From NCBI GenBank assembly GCA_022605425.2, contig CM061247.1, positions 1,178,001-1,242,000 on the forward strand: a stretch of DNA of 64,000 nt, in the 5' to 3' direction. The number at the start of each line of letters is the position of its first letter. Positions within the stretch are counted from its first letter, which is position 1. The position numbers were made by a program, and so were the translations under genes. Below, one piece after another: positions 1 through 12,942 of this stretch. The DNA is from Hamiltosporidium tvaerminnensis FI-OER-3-3 (taxonomy: Eukaryota > Fungi > Microsporidia). The notes beneath the pieces were generated by a model. It saw only the letters and a list, made by a program, of their open reading frames with translations, searched no databases and was not told the DNA's origin.

Positions 1-106
1 TATTTTATTTTAAAATATTTTTTTGAAAAGCAAATAAATTTGATGAAAGGAATAAAAACGACAAAAAAATAATAAAAATATATTAAATTTAATTAATTTA
101 ATTAAT

Positions 107-529
107 TTAATGTTTTTGGTTTCCTTTCATTCTTCTCGTTTGCACCTCATTGTTTGAAATTTCACTTTGTTTTCTGTTTTTTCTCTCTTCAATAATATGT
201 TGCAATCTTTTTTGAAAATTTATTGGTAATTTTCTCTGGGAATTTATTTTTAGTTTTTCTTCATCAATTACGTCTACGGCTGTTTCCTTCGGTTTAAAAT
301 TTAATCTTCTTCGTACTTTGGAAGTAATATTATGTCTTAATAGGTTTCTTTCTTTTTCTCGATACTGTTTTCTAAGAAGTTTTATATCGCTCATTTTGTC
401 GCACATTTGTTCCATTGTATAATTGTGATCAGTATTTTGAATTTGATTAGAAGGTGTCTTTATATATGGAGAAGAAGCTATTAAAAGACATTTAAAAATC
501 AGTGTAAACGTTTTTATGTTAAATAGCAT
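107..529 (-). CDS. Hypothetical protein (140 aa), hydrophobic N-terminus and K/R-rich body; possibly secreted
   Basis: ATG-started 140-codon ORF, which is long for this AT content. The N-terminus MLFNIKTFTLIFKCLLIASSP is signal-peptide-like. No recognisable family motif. Confidence 0.45.
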   Translation of the reverse strand: MLFNIKTFTLIFKCLLIASSPYIKTPSNQIQNTDHNYTMEQMCDKMSDIKLLRKQYREKERNLLRHNITSKVRRRLNFKPKETAVDVIDEEKLKINSQRKLPINFQKRLQHIIEERKNRKQSEISNNEVQTRRMKGNQKH

Positions 530-3500
530 AGGAGTCCAAACATTTATTATATTTATATTATTAATTAGGGTATTTAGGTTTAATTAATTACCAGATAAAA
601 AACTTTTTATAATTTAATTAAGATTACAATATATTTTATCTTGATTAATACTTTTTTTGAACATTTATTCTGTCACTTCCGATTAATTTAAATAAGGAAA
701 GACAAATTATATTTTTACACTTCATTTCTAGAGTAAAATCAATTCCAATACTTCTCTATTTATACGTAAATAAGGAAAATAATTTATATTTCCAATAGAA
801 ATTTATAAGAAAGACTTTGATACATAAGTATTTAATATTATTAATATCAAAATAAATTATATTTCTTGATTTCATATCATAAATTTAATTACATTTTTAT
901 CTTGGCTGAAATATTTTTGATAGATTAATCGGTATTTGAAATTACAAGTGAAAAAACTACGATTAGAAAACCTTTTTTTATCTTTTTAAGAAATCTTTAG
1001 AAATATTTTATCTTTTTGTGTGTAAATAAATGTATTTCTATCGTTGAAAAATATTTACTGATTAGGTTTTTAGAAATATCTTCTCGTTTTTCTAAAAAGC
1101 AGAATAAAAAAGGTATTTAATTACTTAAATATTAGTTAATATATAAACTCAGTTCTTTAAATATGAAATTTATCCAAATATTTTGTACAATAAATGTTTC
1201 ATTAAAGAAATTAAATTTTTGATTTTTATTCATATTAATTACAAGAAGCTTCGTTTACTTTTATTAGTCACATTCATTTAACTTGTTGACATTCAACTGA
1301 CATGAAAATATTTAATGTAGATTTATAATTTTACTATAGAGTAATTCAATTTATTTGAATAAAGTCTTTGATTTGCTTGAAGAATACGTTTTGGATTCTG
1401 AATCCTCTTTTTTAACTCAAATATTAAGGAAAAATAACAATTTATGGAATTCTGCTGATTTATTGCGATTTATATTTAATTAATGGATTATTGTAAGTAT
1501 TAAATTGGTTTTTGTATTAACTGCACAGAAATGTTTTATTTAAAATATTTAGAGTTAAAAATAATTTGTTAAAGATTTTGACCTAAATATCAGTTTTTTC
1601 TTTTTTATTAGAAAAGTAATTTATTTAATAATTTTTAATAAATATTTTTTATTATATAATCAACCAGATTTGGATATATTTGAATTAAATGCACACAAAT
1701 TTTTTGTATAAATCAAATAACTTTATTTAAATAAAAAAATTCTGTTTTATAAATCATATTTTCAATGTTATAAATCTTTCAGTAAAAAAACCTGTTTTTT
1801 TGTCAAATAAAATTGTCACTTAGCATTCAAATAAATTTCAAAAAATTTGTAAGCCTTTGAATCAATTTAATGTAAATTTCAACTTTAAATATGATGTATA
1901 ATTGATGATATATCTTCATTCAAGTTAACAATGGAATACAAAAAAGAATATTACGGTAAGAAAATGATACTAGGACTTATTTAGAATTCTTTGAATTTAA
2001 ATCCTAATTTATGATCAGAAAATTTTATTAGATTATTAATCAGTTCGCATACAACAACTCATCTTTTAGTTAATTACAACAAGTTTCTTACGGAAGAATA
2101 ATTCGAGATTATATGATAGAGACCAGATAATATTTTTTAATACAATAAATGGTTAAACCAATACTTAAATCTTCAACAAACAAATGTGCTGTGAATATAT
2201 TTTTACACATTCGAATAGTCAAAATTCTTATAAATATTAGAAATAAAATAAACGGTATTTAGATCCAACATTTAATTTTTCTAAAGATATCAAATTAATT
2301 TTATAATTAGTTGAAACCCTACAACCTTAATTGCCTACTAGAGAGTCTTTTGGTTTATTTAGAAAGGTAAATTGTCGCATTCTGATATTATCATATTATT
2401 GTTGCGACACAATTCCATCAATAATTCATTTCTATTATTCTTCTCCATCTAGTTTCATATAGAATACAAGAAAAGCCAATCAGAGAAATGTGCAAGAAAT
2501 ATTTTTATTATTTTAATTTGAGCTTATTTTAGTTGGAAATATCTGGTTTACGAAGTCCTCTTACTAGATAAGCTATCTGGAGCAGAAGGTGAATTTTAAA
2601 ATACAAAGTATATTTCAAAAGGTTTAAATCATTCTGTTATTATTTTCGGATAGAAAAGGCTTTTTATTATGTAAAAATTGAACTATTTTGAACAAAAATC
2701 GTATAAACAACAGCTTATATCTTTATTAAAACAAATAAGAGCAAACCATATTAAAATTCCTTAAAAAAATAAACGATCACATGCCAACATAAATCAATCC
2801 TATAAAACATCACAGAATTATATTGATTTAAAACATCACGAAATCTGTTTGTCTCAATTTTAATACAATTTATCAAAAAATGCAGAAAACTACTTTAAAG
2901 TCGTAAAGTGTTCTAAAAATCTTCTAAGCTAAGAGATTTATTAAAAAAATGTATTACTAATAAGCATAATTGTACTAACTAAATTACTTAGTTACCATTT
3001 CGTTGTCAGGAAAAGTAAAACTAAAATTATCAGAAGTATTTATATTTATAATGTTTAAGAGATTAAAAAGACCACAGTAAAAAATCGAGATGAGTCAATA
3101 ATTTATCACAAATAAAATTTGTTAACAAATATATTTTCGATTTAATAAAATGGCGCTTAAATAATAAAAGGTAATTTTCATTGCTAATTGTATTTTCATT
3201 TTTAAGATTTAAATCTTACCACATACTTAAAATGGATTATATTTCTTTTGGATTGTGCAATCACCTACTCATAATATATTTACCCAATAAATCAATTCTT
3301 ATACCTAAATTAGACCATAGAAATATTTAATTATTAGTCTCAAACACATATAACGTTTTTTCCATAAAATTTTAAACCATCAATATATCTGAATAATGAA
3401 TAGATATTGTATTTAGGTTATGGTAATTCTACAAATAAAAGATATCTTGTAATTTCATTTAATAAATCAAATCACAATAAATTGATTCCTATTAAAATAC

Positions 3501-4483
3501 TATAAATGTAAATAATATTTACGAATCGAAACAAAAAACGACAACCATTATATCCAAATAATTAATATGAAGTCAATAACTTATTAAGATATACCAATCA
3601 GCATTAAAGTATCAATAACATAAATAAATGATACGAAAAAAGAAATAAAATATGAAGGACTCGAAAAATGACAAAGAATCACAACAATCTAGTTGTTTAA
3701 AAAAAATTTACAAAAATAAAAATATTCAATAGAAGAAAATTAAGTTTTAATATAAATTTTGATTTTATTTTTAATATATGAAATATAGTATCACTACTTA
3801 TCTCTATAATGAATAGAAACAATAAAAACAAAATTATTATTAAAAATATAGAATATTCTAATTCTTATCAAAATATTATTAAACTTATATTAATGAATTA
3901 AATTCTAATAGCTTATATAATACAATGAATCAGATAAGATATTTTGATAATAAAGGAATTCAATTTAGAAAATATGTTTAAAAAGTCAAATATACTTTAT
4001 AAATTTAAAATAAAAATACATTTAAAATGAGACCTTTCAAGTATTCCTATAGTCATTAAAAATTATATTCATAGATTGATAGATTGATAAAGTAATATTA
4101 AAAAGCCTAAATAATTTATAATAACTATTTTAGTCAGTTATAAAAACTAAGAATTAATTTATCAGAATATACACATATTGCTATATTTAGTCTTTAAATC
4201 TACTATGAGTTAAAATAAACTATTTTTTTTACAATTTAAGCTAATTTTATCTCCGAAATATTTTTTTTAAAATTTAAGATAATGTTTTCACCAGAAATAT
4301 TTTTTTAAAAGTCAGAAGTTTAGAATTATTTGAGTTTTAAATCAAATTTTAACTTTCTGTTCAAATTATAAAAAATAAATTTGATTAAAGATTTAAAAAT
4401 GTATGAAATAGGCAAAAGAAGAATTTATTTTTTTTTAATAAAAAGTTTATAACCGAGAAGAAACTCAAAAACCGTCAAAAATA

Positions 4484-4621
4484 AGAAAAGGAAATAATTG
4501 TTATCGAATTAAAAGTTTAAAGCAGATGTAGTAGTAAGAATATTTAAGTAAAACAAGAAAAGGAACTAATTGTTATCAAATCAAAAGTTTATAACAGATG
4601 TAGAAGTTAGAATATCCAAGT
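4484..4621. repeat. Tandem duplication, ~72-bp unit x2, downstream of the cyclin gene
   Basis: aagaaaaggaa(a/c)taattgttatc(g/a)aat(t/c)aaaagttta...cagatgtag...agaatat..aag occurs twice. Confidence 0.75.
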
Positions 4622-4755
4622 TATAATAATAAGGAAGAATAATCATATAAATAAATACCTAATTATTACAGATTAAAGAAGAAGTACAAAAGTAGGCAAA
4701 AACGAGAATAATAAGTATTAAATAGTTTAGAAATATTTAAATATATAAAGCACAT

Positions 4756-5511
4756 TTATTTTCTTATTTTATTTTTTAAAAGTGATATGACATTACTGTC
4801 GGGTATATTCAGTTGTAAATAACTGTTTCTTATCTCTTCAATCCTTTTGGTATCTGTTTTTTCCAAAAGAGAATGTAAATATTTAACAGGTAAATCTAAA
4901 GAAGACAAGGCTAATTCAGTTGCTGTTATTTTTTCAAATCCACTCATAATAATTATTTTATCCAAATTTATAACAGATTTTCTCCAGAAAATATTTATGT
5001 CTTCAATAAAAAAAATATTTTTTAAGACATCTTCGTAATCAAAAGAATTATTTTCTATATTTTTAATTTCTGTATTAATTATAGAAACATTATTTATATC
5101 AATTTGTCCTCTTTTAACTACTACTCTGTCTTTTTCTTGCAATAAAATTATACATCCGAGCATACGAAGATATGGACAAGACACACTAAATCTATAATCA
5201 CTGTACTGTGCAAGTAATAGTTCATATTGAAATATAAGTGACTCATTTAATCCAACATTATTTTTTAAAAGTAAAGAAAGTTCAATATTTATATCTTCAG
5301 ACTTACATCCAAGAAATATAGCAGCAGTTATAAGATTATCGATAGAATATTCAGAAATATCGGATCTATAAAATATATTTCTTATAAAATGTGAAGAAGT
5401 ACTGTGTACAGTGTATGGTAACGAGAACTGTCTACATATTTTAATAATTTGCATTCTACAATATTTCAATAAAAGAATTTTTTCATCTTCAGAAAATGTG
5501 ATAGAAGGCAT
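4756..5511 (-). CDS. Cyclin H/Ccl1-like cyclin (CDK-activating kinase/TFIIH cyclin subunit)
   Basis: The N-terminal cyclin box (EDEKILL..Y..QI..IC..F.LP..V..T...F.....; ITAAIFLGCKSED; QYELLL...DYRFSVSCPY) resembles cyclin H/C. A CCC motif lies 14 nt upstream of the ATG. Confidence 0.75.
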   Translation of the reverse strand: MPSITFSEDEKILLLKYCRMQIIKICRQFSLPYTVHSTSSHFIRNIFYRSDISEYSIDNLITAAIFLGCKSEDINIELSLLLKNNVGLNESLIFQYELLLAQYSDYRFSVSCPYLRMLGCIILLQEKDRVVVKRGQIDINNVSIINTEIKNIENNSFDYEDVLKNIFFIEDINIFWRKSVINLDKIIIMSGFEKITATELALSSLDLPVKYLHSLLEKTDTKRIEEIRNSYLQLNIPDSNVISLLKNKIRK

Positions 5512-5524
5512 TTTTCTAACAGGT

Positions 5525-5527
5525 GGG
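5525..5527 (-). promoter_or_regulatory. CCC-like microsporidian start-proximal motif (cyclin gene)
   Basis: The minus strand reads ggtaCCCacctgttagaaaaATG. CCC/GGG motifs within ~30 nt of the ATG are a known microsporidian feature. Confidence 0.45.
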
Positions 5528-6362
5528 TACCATTTATTAAATATTTGCTCAGAACATTAAAACTTGCAAAGCAAATCAAAAAAGTATTTGATTTTTAAAA
5601 ATATAAATTTAGTGTTTTAGATAAAATTGTTATCGCAATTTATTTTGTAAACTTAATTTGTAAAAATATTATTGGATATTTTAATAATAAAATTTATTTT
5701 TTTAACAAATTTTATAACAAAAAAGTTTCAACTGCAATTTTTATTGTAGAAAAAATAGTTTAAATATGAATATTTTAGAGAATGAATTGTAAAAAAATAT
5801 TAAATATTCTTTTATTGGATTTTTTAATTTTAAAACATTTTGATAAGATTTGAGATAAAGTTTCTTGAGATAAAAATGATAAGAAAAAGTGACATGATAC
5901 ATAACATGAGTTATAAATATTCTTAAAACATATGTAAAGGTTAAATTTAATTTTTGGATACTTTGTGTTTATCTTTAAATTATTTTTAATTAGTAATTTT
6001 CATATAAAATAAGTCATTTTTTTAATTAAAAAAGTTTAAAACAAAATTTAGCATAAAATGAAAAGTAAATTAAAGAGCTATTTTGAAAAAATTTAAAAAT
6101 ATTTGAAGGTATTTTAGACAAACTATACGAAAAGTTAAGGAAAATAACAAAAAATAATCGCAATATAAATGTTTGAAAGATTCTAAAAGTAATTAAAGCT
6201 AAAGGAAGACATATTTAAGAATTGATTGATACATTTATTCTTATTTATATTACAAAACATTTAATAACACTTCTTAAGGAAAATTAAAAAAATAAAATTT
6301 TGATTGAAGAATATATTTTAAAAAAAATAAAACTTATAAGTTTTATATATAATTTATAAACC

Positions 6363-7077
6363 AGAGAAGATAACCACATTAATTATTATCAGCTTTGTAA
6401 TGAAAATGTGAAATTGGTGTGAACGAATGTTTGAATTTATGGGTAGATAAATTCCAGAATATATTTTCTTTAATTCATTAGAATATTTGTATAAAGAAAA
6501 GATGGTCAATAAAATAGCGAAAATATTTCTTAAAAGTTAGTTTGTAGTTTTTTATGCAACTAGATTGGAAACAAAGTGTGAATACGTAGGTAATTGTCGT
6601 GTAAAAGCATAGAAACACAGCCTTGTTCAACCAGGTTAGAAGGCTTGGCGCCTGGGGATACAAAAATAAGTCATTCAACCAGAAAAGGTGCATAAGAGAT
6701 TCGAACTGACAATATGACAATTCATTGTCTAGGTAGAGCACATGTAAGTCGTTGAGATATATCTTAGCTAAAAGTTTATTAGGTTTAGAAAGTGTGGAGT
6801 AAGTAAGAGTTCTGCGAGTCTTTGAGAAGCCTTGGCGAATTAAGACTTATGAGAATACTCCACGCAACGCAGATTAACGAAAACTTACTCGTTTATCGAA
6901 CTGGTTCTACACACCTGGTAGATGAAAGGCTTTGAGACGTATGTATTATAAAGAACACCGATGGAATTTAAAGATTACAACAATTATGTTAAACATAGAA
7001 CTGAGTTAATGTCATGAAAACAGTATATTTTCCACATTTTTAAAAAACATGGGATAAAATTAAAGAAAAATAAAAGT
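6363..7077 (+). mobile_element. Dispersed ~720-bp non-coding element family A, copy 1 (diverged)
   Basis: Colinear with 22454-23182: gataaccacat, gtgaaattggtgtga, tttgtagttttttatg.aac.agatt, gtaaaagcat.gaaac, ggttagaag.ctt.gcgcctggg, tagatgaaaggc, ttatgttaaac.tagaactg.gttaatgtcatgaaaac. Confidence 0.8.
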
Positions 7078-8495
7078 AATTTTTTTTTAAATAAGAACCA
7101 TGATTTTTTCTTGACATACACAATTTTTATGTGCGTGTAAAGCCATGAAACACACGTATTATTAATGTATAAAAATAAAACCTTAAAATCCATAAATAAT
7201 TAAAACCCGGTTAGAAATATTTTGTTTTGATAATATTTTTTAATTTATTCATTCTACTCTCCTGGAAATATAAAAATTCTATTCTTCAAAACGTATAAAA
7301 AGCAATTAAATTAAGAAATCTTTAGAAGAGCATTAAAAAAGAATAATTTTATAATGGAAAAATTGCAATAAAAATGGTTATTTATGTTCGTATATATTAG
7401 CATTGTATGTGAAATTAAATATAATTATGCGTATACAGGAAATATTCATATAAGGATTCGCCTCGAGTCATGGAAATAAAAAAAACCTGAATTATGAGTT
7501 ATTGCAAAACCAAAAATATAGAATTAATATTAGATTTAAGTAGTTGTTCGACATATTTAGGTTTTAATGATAAACTATTTGCATTTAAATATCTAAAACA
7601 TTCTTCTTGAGTATGCTTGATTCAAAATTTTTTAATAAATAAGTAATTTTTTTGTGATTTAAGAAAAAAACGGTTTAAGACCAAAGAAGTATTTTATGTT
7701 CAAATATATATTTGAAATCCTGATTCGGAATATTTAAAAATTTTGGTTTAAATAATGAAAAAACTGGGAATTTTAGTATATTTATAAATATAATAAATAC
7801 ACGACAGTTTCGTTTATAATTAAATTATGAGTCTATTTTTGTGTATTTAAATCAAATCACATGATATTAGAGAGTTTATGATTTATAAAGCATTAATTAG
7901 AATATAATTTATTTAAGATGAAAGTAACAGTTTTATTATGAGGTCTGGTAAATTCCTTTTTAAGCATTTTCATGCTATAAAGCCGCCTTCGTTAGAAGCT
8001 AGATCTTATAAAAATAAAGAAAAACAGAAATAACTATAATTAGAGCGAGTAAATATGAAGAAAATTTGATGAAACTTAACTACATAAACACCTGGATCTA
8101 CCTCACAAAATATTTACTAATTACTAATGTGTTCATAAATATTGAAAAAACCTAATTATAAGTTTAAATTAATGTAAAATCAAACTTTAAAGCAAAAATC
8201 TAAAGAATGAAGAAAAAACTTTATCCTAAAATCGATATATTAGTTTAAATTAGAAAGAAACTTATTTATAACTTTGTTTTAAAAAAATACAAAGCAAAAA
8301 AATTTTAAATTTCTATTCAATGTAAATTTCTAAATAAATGAAAGTTTCAAATAAGTTTTTCAAATATTTATCCGAACGTGAAACAAATTTTATTATTAAT
8401 TAAAAATTTATACAAAACTTATTTGTGTTCCAAGGTTCCAAATTAAATTTTAATTTATTTCCAAATATATAATACAAGGAAATAAAAGAAAATCT

Positions 8496-9623
8496 ATGAA
8501 AGCTGAAAACAGTCTTATAAAAATAAATATTGATGCTTCAAAATTCTCTTTTCACATGCTTGACAGTAAAGATTTAAATTTTTCATTGGAATACAGTAAA
8601 GATGAAGTTATAGATATTTATGGTATTGCATATACTATAAGATTATTTGAACTCGAATGTGAAAAATTCTTTAATAATAAACAGATTAGAGGATTTTGTC
8701 ATTTAGTGATCGGACAGGAAAACATATATGCTGCCCTAAAAAAGGTTATGCATACAGATGACTATTCTATTAGTTCTTATAGATGTCATGGTCTTGCTTA
8801 TATTACCGGGTCGACAATAAGTGAAATAGTTGGTGAAATGCTTGGAAAAGCAGGTGGAAATAGCAAGGGAATGGGTGGATCGATGCATTTATACAACAAA
8901 AATTTCTTTGGTGGTCATGGTATTGTAGGAGCACAAATTCCTTTAGGTCTGGGATTGGCATTTAGCCAAAAGTACAAGGAAATAGCTAACACATCTTTTC
9001 CTTCTGAATCAAATGAAAAAGCTGCACATGAACATTCTAAATCAAATGCCAATCAATCAATATACAACAATTTTCCCTTAAAAAATGTTACATTCTGTTT
9101 CTATGGCGATGGCGCCTCAAATCAAGGCCAAATCTATGAAAGCTTTAATATGGCACATCTTTGGAAATTACCGGTTGTTTTTATATGTGAGAACAACAAA
9201 TATGGAATGTGGACTGCTGTAGATAAGGCGTCTGCAGATAATAATTTTTACAAAAGAAGCAATTATATCCCTGGAATAAGAATAGATCATTCAAATACTT
9301 TTGAAATAATTGAAGTTTTAAAATTTGCACGAGATTACGCCTTGAAATCAGGCCCAATAATTGTAGAAATCGACTGTTATCGATTATGCGGTCATTCACT
9401 TCGTGATAAGAATGAATTACGAAATATAAATGAGGTAGAAGAAGAAAAAGCTAAAGACCCTTTGATTCTGTTACGAAAAAACATCATGGAATTTAAGCCT
9501 GAAGAATATATACTAAAAATTGAAGAACAGCTTAAAAATATCGTTTTTAATGAAATAAAAAATGCAGAAAACATGTGTAAGCCAAATCCTGAGATGCTCT
9601 ATGAAAACATATTAAGTAAATAA
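8496..9623 (+). CDS. PDA1: Pyruvate dehydrogenase E1 alpha subunit
   Basis: Motifs IRGFCHLVIGQE, YRCHG, GMGGSMHLY, GGHGIVGAQIPLGLG, the TPP motif YGDGASNQGQ...ENNKYGM, and YR..GHS..D. Confidence 0.97.
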   Translation: MKAENSLIKINIDASKFSFHMLDSKDLNFSLEYSKDEVIDIYGIAYTIRLFELECEKFFNNKQIRGFCHLVIGQENIYAALKKVMHTDDYSISSYRCHGLAYITGSTISEIVGEMLGKAGGNSKGMGGSMHLYNKNFFGGHGIVGAQIPLGLGLAFSQKYKEIANTSFPSESNEKAAHEHSKSNANQSIYNNFPLKNVTFCFYGDGASNQGQIYESFNMAHLWKLPVVFICENNKYGMWTAVDKASADNNFYKRSNYIPGIRIDHSNTFEIIEVLKFARDYALKSGPIIVEIDCYRLCGHSLRDKNELRNINEVEEEKAKDPLILLRKNIMEFKPEEYILKIEEQLKNIVFNEIKNAENMCKPNPEMLYENILSK

Positions 9624-10419
9624 AAATGATCTCTGTATAATAAACGAATTACTGTTAAAAACTTTTCACAATTTTTATCTTTAAATTCTAAAAACTTAAC
9701 TAGTGGATTAAAAATTTATTATTAAAGAGTAAAAGAAAAAAAATATTTTCCTAAAATATATTTTTGACAATATGTAATACTTTTTTTTTACTTTAAAAAA
9801 AACTTTGGAAGAAATCTTTGCAAACTCTAGTTTATTTTATGAAAAAACAACTTCAAAATAAATCACATTAAAAAAAAGTTTAAAAAATTCTCAAAGTGTA
9901 ACCACTTTAAAACATCTATCATCAAGTAATATTCATATAATTTACCGCTGAAAACGCCTATTTACACATAGAATTATATTCAGGTAAGTACGTTTAAAAA
10001 TCTCGTTCAAAATGAAAAAAATATTTGAGTCTGAATTCTTTTCTAAAAATAGTAAACAAATCAAAATAAAATAAGATAGTTGCCAGACTATAATATAATA
10101 TTCTTTGATACAAAAACATTGATTATGATGATAGTGGAATTCGGAATTTAAAAGCCCGTTCTTAAAAAAACAAATCAATAAATGTAAAGGTAAAAGACAA
10201 TCGTAACACTTGATATAGATCGATTTGTATTTAAATCTGAGCACCAACAGTAAATCGAAAACTATTTAAATATTAAGGTATCGAGATTGCCCTGAATTAT
10301 AATTATATTCTAAATTCAAAATGTGTAATTCATGTAATTTTTTTGTTGCAATGTGTTTTTTCGTACTCATAATTATAATCGGTTTTACCCCTAAAGTATA
10401 ACTAAATTAGATACAAGTA

Positions 10420-11365
10420 ACAAAAATCCGAACTTGGAAAAAGTTTTCATAGTGCCTTATTTAGAGATTAACATAAGTTTTGTAACTTTTGAATAGTTTT
10501 GAATAAATAAATAAATATCAGAGAAAGGAGCAGCAATTCAGTTGTAGAAAATGATAATATAACACACCTTCTACAAATAAAGTTTTTATTTATTAAAATA
10601 TAGGTTAGAAAGAAATTACGCGATAAATTTTATAAAGCCTCAACTAGAAAATTTTTTGAACAAATTTGAAAAAAGAAGAAATTACATAAAAATTTTTTAT
10701 AAAGTTAGAAATAAGAAGTAAATAAGGTTTGGTTATTCCTCGAAACGGTTTTTTTAACAGAACATAAAGTTACGTGACTTAGCAATATTCTGTTATATCC
10801 AAGGTAGAAATGTATTTTGCTGTAGAAAATGAAAGTGCTTATATTGTTAAAACTCCTAAAGATTGGTAGGGCATTTAGCAACAAATGTGAAAAAATGCTT
10901 GGACATGACTATACTAGACACCACAATGAAATGATTGGGGTTCCAAATCATCATCCCGTTTAATATATAAGCCCATTTTTTCATACGAATTAGGAGTCAC
11001 TCAGTTCAATTTTTTTTTAAATTAGTATGCGGAAATATAAGTAGCCATCAGGATAAAAACGAGGTTTAGATACGCAAAAATAGACCAAAGATATTTCTCT
11101 TAGATAAAAAATGAAAATTTTTATCCTAGTAAAGGTTTAATTACTCCACGGGATTAGCTAGAAATTATTGAAATGGAAAACTAAGAAAATAGTACGTATT
11201 GATCATTGAAGCAGGTCTTATTTGTAAATTTAATATGGAAATAATTTCGCACGTTAAAATATGAGATGATTTTGTTACAAAATAAAATAAGATCTATCTT
11301 AGAAGACTTCGAATCTTCATGAATGTAAAGACATAAACCCAATCGAAAGTACTTAAAAGAATAAT
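10420..11365 (+). pseudogene. Decayed 3' fragment (thumb/Zn-knuckle/endonuclease region) of the R4-like retrotransposon family
   Basis: Colinear matches to 18700-19630: gaacttg..a.gtttcatagtg, ttctgttatatcca.g.tagaaatgtatt, ttagcaac.a.atgtgaaaaa.tgcttgg.catgactatactag, catgaatgta.ag.cata.a.caatc...agtact.aa. Confidence 0.8.
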
Positions 11366-12092
11366 TCAACCCCTGTCCTTGATTTGTACCTACAAACATA
11401 TTCATTTAAAATCAAATACCTATATTATAGTAATAATAGTTTAAACATAGTATAAAATCAATAAAAAAAATTTCTAAATCTTTTTAATTAAACCATCATT
11501 AAAAAACCATAAAAAGTTTAAAAAAAATAGCAAATTAAATGCCTCGTTTCAGAATACAAAATAATATTCAAACCAAAAATGAATTTTTAATCCATAAACC
11601 TGAAAATACCAAATGTAATAAACCTATAATTTCTATAATGCGAATTAGTATTCTAATTATGTATTGTAGCATATTTTTTTTTCTAATTTTTGCCTTTTCT
11701 TTAACACTGTAATATTTTTTATTTCATAAAAATAATATAACACATTTTTGATCCTAATTTTTAAAGAAAATAATATTTTATCATTAAAAACCATAAATTT
11801 AACATTTCTTATTTTATTCTTAAACCTATTCCTATAATTCCATCGAAGAAACTTCCTACCAATAATGATTGTATCAGTGAATAAAATAATTACCTTTCAT
11901 TGTAAATTTATTAATTTTTTATTTATTTATCTCACTAATTATCAAATAAATATTTCTAAGTTATTTTTCTTAAATTATGATTTATATTTTAAGTTTGAGT
12001 AAATTCCTTTCATCCGTATCTTATCTTTGTCAAAATCTTATCGTTTTTCTTTATTCATTTATAATTTTATTGTCCAAATTTAATTTTATCAC

Positions 12093-12310
12093 TTCTATTC
12101 TTTTATCGATTCTATTCTTTTATTGATTCTATTCTTTTATCGATTCTATTCTTTCTTTTTTTCCAATCCTTCTATTATCTTAACATCTACTTTTATCGAT
12201 TTTATCCCTCTTTTTATTTCCAATCCTTCTATTATCTTACCATATAGTTTTATCATTCTATCCCTCTTTTTATTTCCAATTCTTCTATTATCTTAAAATC
12301 TACTTTTATC
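12093..12310. repeat. Nested tandem repeats: 17-bp unit (ttctattcttttatcga) x3-4, then ~58-bp unit x3
   Basis: Read directly; the ~58-bp unit contains ttccaatccttctattatctta. Confidence 0.8.
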
Positions 12311-12717
12311 TACATGTTCCTTCAATATATACGAAGTGTAAAAATTTTCTCTTTTAAATCCAATGACGATTAAATAAGAATAACACAACATAAGACTATA
12401 AAACAAAGTAAATTCTCATATAAACTTTCTATTTATTTAAACACATTCCAAAAACAAATTAATATAAAATCTTGTCTAAACATAAATCCTTTACAAATAA
12501 TATTTTTAAAAATACATTTCTATAAAGAAAAAATGAATTTAATTAAAAAAATTTACTAAAAATATTTTATCGCAAATTAAACAGATAATTTTCTTTTTTA
12601 ACCTTTTAAAATTATAATTTTCCATCAAACAAAAAATTTAATCATAGAACGAGCCAAAAAGTAAATAAAAACACTAAAAAATTTAAAATGCTCAAAAATT
12701 TGTATTTTAACAAATTC

Positions 12718-12848
12718 AAAATAACTAAATAACTGAAAATAAACAATTTTTAAAAAAATATAAAATAATTAAATAACTAAAGATACAGAAACTAAATATC
12801 TAAATAACTAAATAACTAAATATCTAAATATCTAAATAACTAAATAAC
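12718..12848. repeat. 8-bp microsatellite-like array (aaataact/aaatatct) upstream of the V-ATPase gene
   Basis: taaataactaaataactaaatatctaaatatctaaataact... Confidence 0.75.
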
Positions 12849-12922
12849 AAACGTAAAACTGATTAAAAATTTGAAACTTTTTTTCTTTTTTTTAATACGC
12901 GTTTCAATTTTGTTGATAAAAA

Positions 12923-12933
12923 AAATTTACCCC
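12923..12933 (+). promoter_or_regulatory. AAATTT + CCCC start-proximal motif of the V-ATPase a gene
   Basis: aaaaatttaCCCCgaaacaagcATG; supports ATG 12943 as the real start. Confidence 0.55.
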
Positions 12934-12942
12934 GAAACAAGC

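Noticed and set aside
12871-12942. N-terminal extension of V-ATPase a from the TTG start
   Set aside because: Homology begins at MLRSEDM, and the AAATTT/CCCC motif sits directly before ATG 12943.
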